DNA of 32,000 bases, taken from Acaryochloris marina MBIC11017. GTDB taxonomy: Bacteria; Cyanobacteriota; Cyanobacteriia; Thermosynechococcales; Thermosynechococcaceae. Below are positions 15,618 through 23,875 of the stretch, piece after piece. The position numbers were made by a program, and so were the translations under genes. The stretch's first letter is position 1, and each line of letters starts with the position of its first letter. The notes under the pieces were generated by a model. The model had not been told where the DNA came from and did no database searches. It worked only from the letters and a program-made list of their open reading frames with translations. The stretch is taken from assembly GCF_000018105.1 (NCBI RefSeq), contig NC_009929.1, forward strand, positions 1 to 32,000, written 5' to 3'.

Positions 15618-15717
15618 CATAGATCAACAGAAAATCAAATAAGCCCTTTTAAATAAATCAGCTAGTCGTAAGGGACTGTGGAAGTAGCCGCAAAACCGTT
15701 TTACACTCCGTCTTGAA

Positions 15718-15731
15718 CTAGTTCGAACTAG
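15718..15731. repeat. Perfect 14-bp palindrome CTAGTTCGAACTAG (candidate parS-like site), followed by a 9-bp-stem hairpin at 15747-15769
   Basis: Read directly. The hairpin is TCTCTGGGG / CCCCAGAGA with a 5-nt loop. Both lie between the two ParB-like genes. A one-base-shorter variant CTAGTCGAACT occurs at 17244-17254. Confidence 0.3.
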
Positions 15732-16056
15732 AACAGCGCCCAGATTTCTCTGGGGAAGTTCCCCAGAGACAAAACTCCTTTACTTGATAGTCACTCAACA
15801 AATTGGTACTCCATAAATTGAATGTCCGTACATGTAGTGAAGAGTAATATCAGTATCAATTCTCTTAACTAAGCTATCTCTTTGATAGTGCTCATCTAAC
15901 TACAAGGAACAAAGATAATGAAACTCAAAGATCAGATAACCAAGATCTTTACTTAACTCAAGTTAACAAAAACTATAGCGATTCTCTGAATTGCTTGTTG
16001 CTTAAAGGCTGAGATGTTTTCATAGCGGTATTGTTGTTGTCACCCAATAACCCTGA

Positions 16057-17118
16057 ATGCCGCCCAAGAAAGCCTCTAGAGAATTACATGAAGTTTCTAC
16101 CCAGTCAGTTGAGATAGCTGAAATTCGCATGGATGGAGGCACGCAACCTCGTGCCAAATTATTTGAAGAAGTTGTTGACGATTATGCTCAAGATATGAAA
16201 CAAGGGGCAACTTTCCCTCCTGTGATAGTTTACTTCGACGGAGAAGAATACTGGCTAGCCGATGGCTTCCACCGGGTCAGAGCTAAGGAAGCTATAGGGG
16301 AAACATCAGTTACTGCTGAAGTCCATCTTGGAACTCAACGTGATGCTGTTTTATATGCTGTTGGCGCTAACGCTGCACATGGCTTAAGGCGGACAAATGC
16401 TGATAAGCGCCGTGCCGTTATTAGACTACTGCGTGACTTTGAGTGGCGTGAATGGAGTGATAGGGAAATTGCAAGGCGTTGTGGGGTTGATCATAAAACG
16501 GTAGGAAGTTTGCGGAAGGATATATATCCAACTGATGATCAATCTAAAGAGTTTCGCAAAGGCGCAGATGGGAGAATAACTAATGTCAGCAATATAGGCA
16601 AGTCTACTAAGACGATTAATGAATCAAACAAACGACAAAGGAGAAAAAAACCAGCAGCTACTCTCAACACTATTGTTGAGCAATCTCAAAAGGTTCAAAT
16701 AGACGATATTTGGAGGCTAGGTAAATCCCATCTTTTGTTTTGTGGAGACTCAGGGTCAGCCAAATTTCAGAAATTGTTACCAATAGAAATTTCATTACTG
16801 TTATTTTTCCCACGCAAAGACAAACCTTGGTTACCAGAGAAGCCAACAAATGTGCACAATACTTTACTATTCCATACCTCATATGGAGAAGACCTACACT
16901 TAGAGACATTAAGAGGAATCATTGAGAATTGCTTATCGGGCACTACTGACGCAAACGATCCTATTGTAATGATCAACCTTATTGATCCTTCACTATTCAT
17001 TTTGATAGATGAACTAGAATGCTCGTGCTTTTGTGCTGAGCCTGATCCTCAACGATGCACAGACGCACTAACAGTCTGGACAGCCATCAACCAGACAGTG
17101 AAAAAAATATCCACCTAA
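16057..17118 (+). CDS. ParB/Srx N-terminal-domain protein with a degenerate methyltransferase-like C-terminal remnant
   Basis: ParB-N pattern (IRMDGGTQPR, YWLADGFHRVRA, AHGLRRTNADKRRAV). Then IWRLGKSHLLFCGDS resembles the junction of ParB-fused DNA methyltransferases (LG.HRLLCGDS), but no DPPY/NPPY motif follows (SLLLFFPRK in its place). Confidence 0.75.
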   Translation: MPPKKASRELHEVSTQSVEIAEIRMDGGTQPRAKLFEEVVDDYAQDMKQGATFPPVIVYFDGEEYWLADGFHRVRAKEAIGETSVTAEVHLGTQRDAVLYAVGANAAHGLRRTNADKRRAVIRLLRDFEWREWSDREIARRCGVDHKTVGSLRKDIYPTDDQSKEFRKGADGRITNVSNIGKSTKTINESNKRQRRKKPAATLNTIVEQSQKVQIDDIWRLGKSHLLFCGDSGSAKFQKLLPIEISLLLFFPRKDKPWLPEKPTNVHNTLLFHTSYGEDLHLETLRGIIENCLSGTTDANDPIVMINLIDPSLFILIDELECSCFCAEPDPQRCTDALTVWTAINQTVKKIST

Positions 17119-17326
17119 CTGAAATTACAAGCTCTTAAAATCTCGGAGATTAATATTGATACTCATAGAAATTCTGACGATCACCTATTGAGAATATGTT
17201 GTATGATCGCGTTAAGCATTTTTCTAGTACAAGGATATCTCTTCTAGTCGAACTCTAATTCGGCTCATAGTCATAAGACTAACCTTATCCAAAATTATCC
17301 TTATTTTGATTAGGTTTATCCGCGAA

Positions 17327-17388
17327 CAGCATTAGTTATTACTAATGCTGCCTCCAAGATATCTCTTGAGACCCAACTCAAGAGATAT
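17327..17388. promoter_or_regulatory. Two adjacent perfect hairpins in the rep upstream region
   Basis: CAGCATTAGT-TATT-ACTAATGCTG (17327-17350, 10-bp stem) and ATATCTCTTGAG-ACCCAA-CTCAAGAGATAT (17359-17388, 12-bp stem). GATATCTCTT recurs at 17234-17243. Confidence 0.4.
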
Positions 17389-17787
17389 AACTTTACACTT
17401 CCCTACTAGGTATGGGTTGTGTGTCTCCTTAATTAAATAGGCTGAACCCTTGATCGATCACGGGTTTCAGTGTATTTAAAGTCTAATACTTAACCGATAA
17501 GGAGGTAATTTATGGCCCAATAAGTGACAAAACCCCAACTTCTGCAAGTAGGGGCATCAGTCACATATTTAACGTGGTATTAGGCAGGAACCGAAAAGCT
17601 TGATTGGACCCTTGCATTTGGTTACCTGGGCTTTGCCGTGCTTAGATTTTAGCCTTAGCTTGCAACAAATTGCAAGCATTTGCTGAAACCTATGCCACGG
17701 CTCCCTTTCGCTACATTCGGAAAACTTCAGGGAGTTCGTAAATGAACCATTTTTTTCGCATCCAGCTACGGGCATGGGAGCTAGCCC

Positions 17788-20700
17788 ATGTCTAGCTTTC
17801 AAAATATTTCGAGTAAATTACTTGCAACCAACCGCTCCAACCCCTGCGACCTCTGTGGGGATATCACAGGCAAATGCAGAAAGGCAGGCAACCTCAATCT
17901 CTGCATGACCCTCTCAGGCCAGATCGAGGGATATCGCTACCTAGGCCAATCCAAAGATGGCCTCTGGGGTAAATACGTCCTCAATGACGGGAAAGACCTC
18001 AGCCACGAAGACCGGGAACGCCGATGGCAAGAGCAACGGATTCTCAGAGAGCAACGCGCCCAAGCTGAGGCTCACCGCCATGCACAATCCCTCCCCGCAA
18101 TTGAGCGGGATCGGCTCTACCGCCAACTCCTTGACCAGCTCACCTTGCACCCTGCGGATCGGGCTGACTTGCATCGTCGAGGATTCACCAATGAGCAGAT
18201 CCAAGACTGGGGAGTGAAGTCAGTCGAACAGTGGCAACCGCTCTCTGGTGAACTACCCCATGACTTGCCAGGAATAAACCTGGATGGGAAGTCTCTCAAC
18301 ACCCCAAGGCCAGGTTACCTTTGCCCCATCATGGATGCTGACGGTCAGATCGTCGGATTCCAAATCAGATCCCGCAGTTCCGAGGGTGGTCGCTATTTCT
18401 GGCTCACAGGCAAAACTAGGAAACGGCCCAACGGACCCACACCCCACCTTCGCAATGGTGAATTACCCCTAGCCATCCACCGTCCAGAGCAAATCACGAG
18501 AGATGCATTCGCACTCGTTGAAGGTACTGGAGCAAAACCTCACCTCCTAGCTCAGCGCATGGGCCAAGTGACCATCGGCGCAGCGGGGGGATTATTCGCG
18601 GCATCCCCTGAAACCTTGAAAGCAACCCTAGCCCAGCTTGGGATAACAACTATCGAGTTCTACCCCGATGCTGGGGCGATTCAGAACAAGTCAGTACTGC
18701 GGCAATACCGGGTAACCTGGGCACTGCTAAAGGAGTGGGGTTACACTGTCACCGTTGCCTGGTGGAAGCAGACAGACAAACGCATCCACACTGACATTGA
18801 TGAACTGGATGACCTAAGCCAGATTCAATATTTGTCTGTGGCTGACTTTGAACGGATTACAGCTCAATGTAATGGTCTATTGCATCAGCTTCAGCAGGCA
18901 CTCTCAAAACTCACTCGTCCTTCATCGCCCGCTCAAGGGTTTGCCACTCCCAATGACCAACAAACCCACCCCACTGAATCTCGCAGAACGAAGCGAACTG
19001 CACCAGATGACGAGCGTCTTGCAACGCTGCCTGCAACAAGCCGTCGAGCTAGACGATCCCGTCGTCGCACTGCACGACTCCTTGCAGCTCATCGTAGACA
19101 TGGATATATTTCCAAACTTCGACTGGAAAATTATCGAAGTCGCATTAGAAGACGTGCGGCACAATCAGCAAACTCCAGAAGCAGCAGCCTACAAAGCTGC
19201 CCTGAAGATAACGGGACTCTCGAAACAACAACACCTCTAGTCCAAGAGTACGAACCCGGCCAACGGCTCCAAACTTGGGAAACCCTTATCTCATCAGGAT
19301 TCCCCTACATCCTTGACCAGTCCCAACCCGGTACTGGGAAAAGCTACGACTCTGGGAATGTCACCCCGATTGGCTTTGGGATGGAGCAGGTTATCTATCT
19401 TTCAGACCAGCACCGAAACCCCACCGTATCAACTTTAGAACAAGGAAATGGCTGGTGTGACCTAGAAGCACGGCATGGAGGACTAAACCGAGTCAAGAAT
19501 CGACTCCAACGATCTGCCAAAGGGGATGCCTTCGCTGTTCCTGCTAACTGTAGTCGCATTGGTGTCTTGAATGCCTTACGGGACAAGAATATCCCTGGTG
19601 CAGATACCGCCAATCTCATCTGTGGTACTTGCATTGCTCGGGAAGCTTGCATCAATGCCAATGGGCCAGGGTATGGCTTTTTGAACCAACGTCGCAATGT
19701 CTTAGGTGCGCCGCTATTGAGGGCACATCCTGACTCCCTGCCAGACCCAGAGGATTACCCCCTGGAAAACACCATGCTGATCTGGGATGAACCGGGTCAG
19801 AACTTCCAGGTCAAGCAGTCCACAACTGTCACACTCACCGATCTACAGCAAACCATCTCAGCATTGATTACCTACCCCGAGATCTTTGCCCTGGTGCAGC
19901 CCTTACTCTCAGCACTGCTGCCCTTAATGGATGGCTCTATGAAGCTAGGGAAATATGGCCTGAATCATCTAGCTCTCAAAAGCCGTTTGCCCGATATGGC
20001 AGGAGTGAAGCTGGGGGAAATCGCTCTAATTCTGATGCCAAACCTGGGATTCCTCAATACCACTTCCGACTATGGGATTGACCTCGCAGATTTACCCAAG
20101 CAACTCAGAAAGAAGTTCACTGAGCGAGATTCTGAGATGGCAGAGCAAGCGAGGAACGGTGTGGTCAAGCAGTGGCTTATTCCCCTGATCCGCATCCTGC
20201 AAGGGGGAGCAGGATGTATCCAAGTCAGTCGCTATGGCCTTCTGACCCTGAATACCCCAAATCCTCGCCATCGAGATTTAGCCCAAGCTGCCCAAGCCAA
20301 TGTATTTCTCGATGCCACTCTATCCCGTGAAGATTTAGCGCTGAAGCTGGGTTGCTCTCCTGATGAAATCCTAGTAGTCCGTCAAGCCATCCCAGACACC
20401 GGAAACCTGGAGGTGATTCAGGTGAAGGACATGGGGCGAGTGGGCATGAGTCGAGGAGGGGATCAACTGAAACGCATTGGGGCATTGGCCCAGCATTACC
20501 AAGATTTGGATGCAGCGAATACCCGAACGATTGATTTTAAGAAATTTGAAAAGGATGGGGCCTGGTGGCGAGATAGCCGAGGGGTCAATGATTTCCTCAC
20601 CGTCCAGACTCTAGTCCTTGTCGGCACTCCCTGCCGCAATCTCAATGACTTGGCTGCTGAATTCGCCATTGTCTGTGGATATTATCCAGAAGACGATAAC

Positions 20701-21312
20701 CCAGCGTTCACGGCATTTATTGACCGCTCTATCCTCGCAGAAATTCACCAAGCCATTGGGCGACTGAGGGCGCATCGGCGTCCGAATGAATCCCTACAAG
20801 TGGTACTGATTTCCAATATTGAGATGGACTGCTTCGTTCAGGAAGTCCAAGCTAAGGATCTGACGATTGAAGCAGCCCACAAAACGGAGCGAGTAGAAAT
20901 CGCCATTGAGTCAGCCATTCTCCAACTCCAAGCCAAAGGCGAGAAGGTCACTCAGCAAATCGTTTCAGCAATGACCCAAATCCCCAGAGGGACGATTGCG
21001 CGATACTGGCGTCTGTTCATTTCGCTATTAGAAAGTTTAAATAGCAGAATGAACAATTCAAGCAACGCGCCAAATCCAGACCAAGAAACCCATCAAGCGA
21101 TTGCGGGTGTTTTGGATGAGTTAGCGGATCTGCCCGTCAACGATCTACTACCAAGCCTGAATGAAGTATTCTTTGACTGGCTTAAACCCAAGGAATGGAG
21201 TTCGGTATGGAGTGAAGTCAGCGCATCGAGCCAGATGGCGATTCTGGAAGGGTTAGCAATGACGTTACCTGCAAAGATGCTGGAGAGAGGAATGCCAGAG
21301 CTGGCGGCATGA
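17788..21312 (+). CDS. Large plasmid replication-type protein: N-terminal Cys cluster, Toprim/DUF3854-like domain, P-loop NTPase (CyRepA-like)
   Basis: CDLCGDITGKCRKAGNLNLC (Zn-ribbon-like). LVEGTGAKPHLLAQ is a Toprim-like EG..KA motif. Walker A QPGTGKSY and Walker B MLIWDEPG are present. GGGAG SD. The architecture recalls DUF3854 + helicase replication proteins of cyanobacterial plasmids (from memory). Confidence 0.8.
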   Translation: MSSFQNISSKLLATNRSNPCDLCGDITGKCRKAGNLNLCMTLSGQIEGYRYLGQSKDGLWGKYVLNDGKDLSHEDRERRWQEQRILREQRAQAEAHRHAQSLPAIERDRLYRQLLDQLTLHPADRADLHRRGFTNEQIQDWGVKSVEQWQPLSGELPHDLPGINLDGKSLNTPRPGYLCPIMDADGQIVGFQIRSRSSEGGRYFWLTGKTRKRPNGPTPHLRNGELPLAIHRPEQITRDAFALVEGTGAKPHLLAQRMGQVTIGAAGGLFAASPETLKATLAQLGITTIEFYPDAGAIQNKSVLRQYRVTWALLKEWGYTVTVAWWKQTDKRIHTDIDELDDLSQIQYLSVADFERITAQCNGLLHQLQQALSKLTRPSSPAQGFATPNDQQTHPTESRRTKRTAPDDERLATLPATSRRARRSRRRTARLLAAHRRHGYISKLRLENYRSRIRRRAAQSANSRSSSLQSCPEDNGTLETTTPLVQEYEPGQRLQTWETLISSGFPYILDQSQPGTGKSYDSGNVTPIGFGMEQVIYLSDQHRNPTVSTLEQGNGWCDLEARHGGLNRVKNRLQRSAKGDAFAVPANCSRIGVLNALRDKNIPGADTANLICGTCIAREACINANGPGYGFLNQRRNVLGAPLLRAHPDSLPDPEDYPLENTMLIWDEPGQNFQVKQSTTVTLTDLQQTISALITYPEIFALVQPLLSALLPLMDGSMKLGKYGLNHLALKSRLPDMAGVKLGEIALILMPNLGFLNTTSDYGIDLADLPKQLRKKFTERDSEMAEQARNGVVKQWLIPLIRILQGGAGCIQVSRYGLLTLNTPNPRHRDLAQAAQANVFLDATLSREDLALKLGCSPDEILVVRQAIPDTGNLEVIQVKDMGRVGMSRGGDQLKRIGALAQHYQDLDAANTRTIDFKKFEKDGAWWRDSRGVNDFLTVQTLVLVGTPCRNLNDLAAEFAIVCGYYPEDDNPAFTAFIDRSILAEIHQAIGRLRAHRRPNESLQVVLISNIEMDCFVQEVQAKDLTIEAAHKTERVEIAIESAILQLQAKGEKVTQQIVSAMTQIPRGTIARYWRLFISLLESLNSRMNNSSNAPNPDQETHQAIAGVLDELADLPVNDLLPSLNEVFFDWLKPKEWSSVWSEVSASSQMAILEGLAMTLPAKMLERGMPELAA

Positions 21313-21315
21313 GGG

Positions 21316-21347
21316 TGCTGTTTGCTATCAGTTGATATCAAACAGCA
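21316..21347 (+). terminator. Stem-loop immediately after the rep stop (terminator candidate, no U-tract)
   Basis: TGCTGTTTG (21316-21324) / CAAACAGCA (21339-21347), with additional inner pairing TATC/GATA. Confidence 0.3.
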
Positions 21348-21887
21348 GTAGATCCTGAAGCTTCATTATTATTTTAAAAATTGGATATTCAGCCGTTTAT
21401 TTTTATGGCCTTTCTACATGGAATCTACGCTCCTTTTTGAGTCGTTAGAGCTACCTTTTATGTAGCAGCAATGGTTTTAGTTCTTGCATTCCGTTTAGGT
21501 ACATATCTTTTGAAAGTCACTCATAGAAGTGCTTTTAGAGTTTGCAGCGCAGCGATTCTTGTTGAAAATACTCGCAATTGTAACCGATTGTATCTTTTGC
21601 TTTGACGTGCTTCCTTTGTTGGCGCTAAAGTACACGCAGGTCAATCAATCGACTATTCCTTCACCTAAGTTTTTCAATTAAGTACTTCTACTAGCGCTCA
21701 AGAAAACAGCAAAGGTCTAGCCTTTGCTAGAGTTCATTTTAAAAGCCAATCCTAACGGGAATTCCTAGTAAGGTTCCTGCAATGTTTCATATAGTCAGAC
21801 CCCGATCTACGTTTAAACGACAACCACGGTCTGCCAAGTTGCACCGAGTCAGACCGTGATCTACTCCCCTACAAAGGAGATGATTTC

Positions 21888-22310
21888 ATGCTAACTGTTA
21901 ATACTCAAAAGGTCACTGCTACTCCAGTGTCTGATCTCACTGCTATGTCTCCAGACGAGGCAACAGAAGTCTATCAGCAGCAGTATCGCGAGACTTATGT
22001 TGACCTAGCGATCCAAGCGCAAGAGCATTTGGGGTTGCCAGTATTGAAAACCTTTGGAGAACTCTTTCAATTGGGTTGCACCGATCCAGAACTCAGTAAC
22101 TCCATAGATCAAGAAATTGCCCACAACCCAATACTCACTGACTGGCCGATGCAGGATTCTGACTGTATCGGCCTAATTTCGCAGGGTCCATACGTCCAGT
22201 CTCAAATCAACTTTCATGGTGTTCCAGTGCGGGATGTCATGGAGTACGTCTGCGATCTGTTCCGTGAAACGCCTGAACCTAATGCAGCTCTAGATGATGT
22301 CGCAGCATAA
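21888..22310 (+). CDS. Hypothetical acidic protein
   Basis: 140-aa ORF with AAAGGAG SD 8 nt upstream. No recognisable domain. Confidence 0.6.
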   Translation: MLTVNTQKVTATPVSDLTAMSPDEATEVYQQQYRETYVDLAIQAQEHLGLPVLKTFGELFQLGCTDPELSNSIDQEIAHNPILTDWPMQDSDCIGLISQGPYVQSQINFHGVPVRDVMEYVCDLFRETPEPNAALDDVAA

Positions 22311-22482
22311 GTTTGTGACTTCTCCCGTGGCTGATCAACAAGGCATCCATGTAGACCCTCAACCCAGTTCTGGCAGTACTTACACGGATTTTCTCAATAC
22401 TCTCCATCTACTGGGAGTGAGTGTCTGTTTCGATGCCTCAAAAAGCAAATTCAACCTTTTGGAGCTGTCCGATAATCGCTAG
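22294..22482 (+). CDS. Hypothetical small protein (weak)
   Basis: 62-aa ORF overlapping the preceding gene by 17 nt. No domain. Confidence 0.3.
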   Translation: MMSQHKFVTSPVADQQGIHVDPQPSSGSTYTDFLNTLHLLGVSVCFDASKSKFNLLELSDNR

Positions 22483-22552
22483 AACCGGGTATCTCCTCAA
22501 CCTCTTAAAGCCCCTTCTCATTCACTCCACATCTTCACTCGGAGTAAGAACC

Positions 22553-23875
22553 ATGAACAAAGGCACTGGACTTCGACCACCACCCGACATCATCGCCACT
22601 ATGGCGCGATACCCTGACCTATCTCCAGAGCGAGAAGCTGAACTGATCATTAAAGCTCAGAACGGGGATTACGAAGCTAGGCAAACCGTGATTTACTCTA
22701 ATCTTGCCTGGATTTGTTCTAGGGGAGGGCAATTTTCCCGAAAAGGGATAGATGACGGTGAGTTGATCAACGAAGGGTATTGGGGATTAAACCGGGCGAT
22801 TGATCAATGGGATCCTACCAAAGGTGCCAATTTACGCACCTATAGCGAAAGAAAGATCTATAAGTTTCAATCTGAAGCTATCCGTCAAAAAAATCATATC
22901 CGACTGCCCAAATCAACCTATGAGCAGCTTTCTAAGTTGAAGAAAGCAACTGAATCCTTGGGTGAGGATGCCACTGTTGCCCAGCTAGCAGAAGAAACCG
23001 AGATTAAAGAGAAGCGAATCAGGAAATTACAAGAGATATCTCAGCCCGTTTCCCTGAATAGTGTCACGGGGGAGCGAGAGAACCTTGAGCTACTGGATCA
23101 GCAAGCGGATGATTCCCTAGGAAGCCTAGATCCCGCTCTCTCATCAGAACTATTGGATTTAGTGGACAAGCTACACCCACGCCAGCGGGAAATATTGCAC
23201 CTGTATCACTGGGAGGAACTGTCTTTTCAAAAGATCAGTGATTATCTGGGTCTACCCGCAAAACAGGTGCGGAAACTCTACAAGAAAGCTTTGGATCTTC
23301 TGCGGAAGTTCCTTCAAGGTGAGATTAACGAATTCCCACCTCTCCCCTTGCTAGAATGGCGCAATTTTATCTTTGCCAAATTCTTTCTTGCAACTGGATT
23401 ATCCCAAATATTCAATATCGTTGTTGCCAAACTAAAACGCCTGAAGCGTCTCCATCGGAATAACCACATTGCAACCGTCCAATCGCAACTGACCGTATCT
23501 CAAAGCACTACAGAGGTATTGCCAGCATCAGGTCCTGAATGTGCCATTCAAGCACCAGCAGAACCCTCAACTCAATACTCTGCTTGGTATGAGAGGCTAT
23601 GGCAATTCGTGAATCGTGATAAACCCACTCATTCACGAGTAAATACTCATCAGATTGATTCAGGAGGATTAAGGGATGGTCCGAAATATCTTGTGGACAC
23701 TTTTTGGCATGGCCTTAACTGTATTGCTCAATTCCTGGGGTATTGGCCCGGATCGCCTCGCGGAAGTGATCAATACCGATGCCGCAGCGGAGATCGCTGG
23801 AGATGTCGGGGACAAACTGAAGGACGTTACTCAAAAAAGAAAGTAATACGGATAGTTGGGAATCCAACTTTTTAG
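22553..23875 (+). CDS. Sigma-70 family RNA polymerase sigma factor with ~190-aa non-sigma C-terminal extension
   Basis: The ATG at 22553 has a GGAG SD. Region 2: LINEGYWGLNRAIDQWDPTKGANLRTYSERKIYKFQSEAIR. Region 3: TVAQLAEETEIKEKRIRKL. Region 4.2: LSFQKISDYLGLPAKQVRKLYKKALDLLRKF. The extension contains one hydrophobic segment (NFIFAKFFLATGLSQIFNIVVA). Confidence 0.85.
   Translation: MNKGTGLRPPPDIIATMARYPDLSPEREAELIIKAQNGDYEARQTVIYSNLAWICSRGGQFSRKGIDDGELINEGYWGLNRAIDQWDPTKGANLRTYSERKIYKFQSEAIRQKNHIRLPKSTYEQLSKLKKATESLGEDATVAQLAEETEIKEKRIRKLQEISQPVSLNSVTGERENLELLDQQADDSLGSLDPALSSELLDLVDKLHPRQREILHLYHWEELSFQKISDYLGLPAKQVRKLYKKALDLLRKFLQGEINEFPPLPLLEWRNFIFAKFFLATGLSQIFNIVVAKLKRLKRLHRNNHIATVQSQLTVSQSTTEVLPASGPECAIQAPAEPSTQYSAWYERLWQFVNRDKPTHSRVNTHQIDSGGLRDGPKYLVDTFWHGLNCIAQFLGYWPGSPRGSDQYRCRSGDRWRCRGQTEGRYSKKKVIRIVGNPTF
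23676..23846 (+). CDS. Small SD-led ORF (56 aa) with N-terminal hydrophobic helix, overlapping the sigma ORF tail in another frame
   Basis: AGGAGG at 23662-23667, 8 nt before the ATG. Translation: MVRNILWTLFGMALTVLLNSWGIGPDRLAEVINTDAAAEIAGDVGDKLKDVTQKRK. It falls below the ORF-track length cut-off. Confidence 0.35.
   Translation: MVRNILWTLFGMALTVLLNSWGIGPDRLAEVINTDAAAEIAGDVGDKLKDVTQKRK

Noticed and set aside
16670-17000. ORFs 16670..16909(-), 16740..16925(+) and 16767..17000(-) inside the C-terminal part of the ParB-like gene
   Set aside because: No independent support. They may simply reflect relaxed sequence in the degenerate methyltransferase-like region. Their presence is mild evidence that this region is decaying.
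17569-17802. 77-aa minus-strand ORF in the rep leader, overlapping the rep start
   Set aside because: No SD, and Cys/Lys-rich composition that does not look like a real protein. The region is better explained as regulatory or structured DNA/RNA. An antisense transcript here is still possible.
17941-21341. Multiple short ORFs on both strands within rep (e.g. 17941..18204, 18253..18447, 18922..19164, 19395..19697, 20225..20485, 21093..21341)
   Set aside because: All are nested in the long rep ORF with no start signals. Only the 18848..19240 same-strand alternative frame was kept as a finding, because of its composition.
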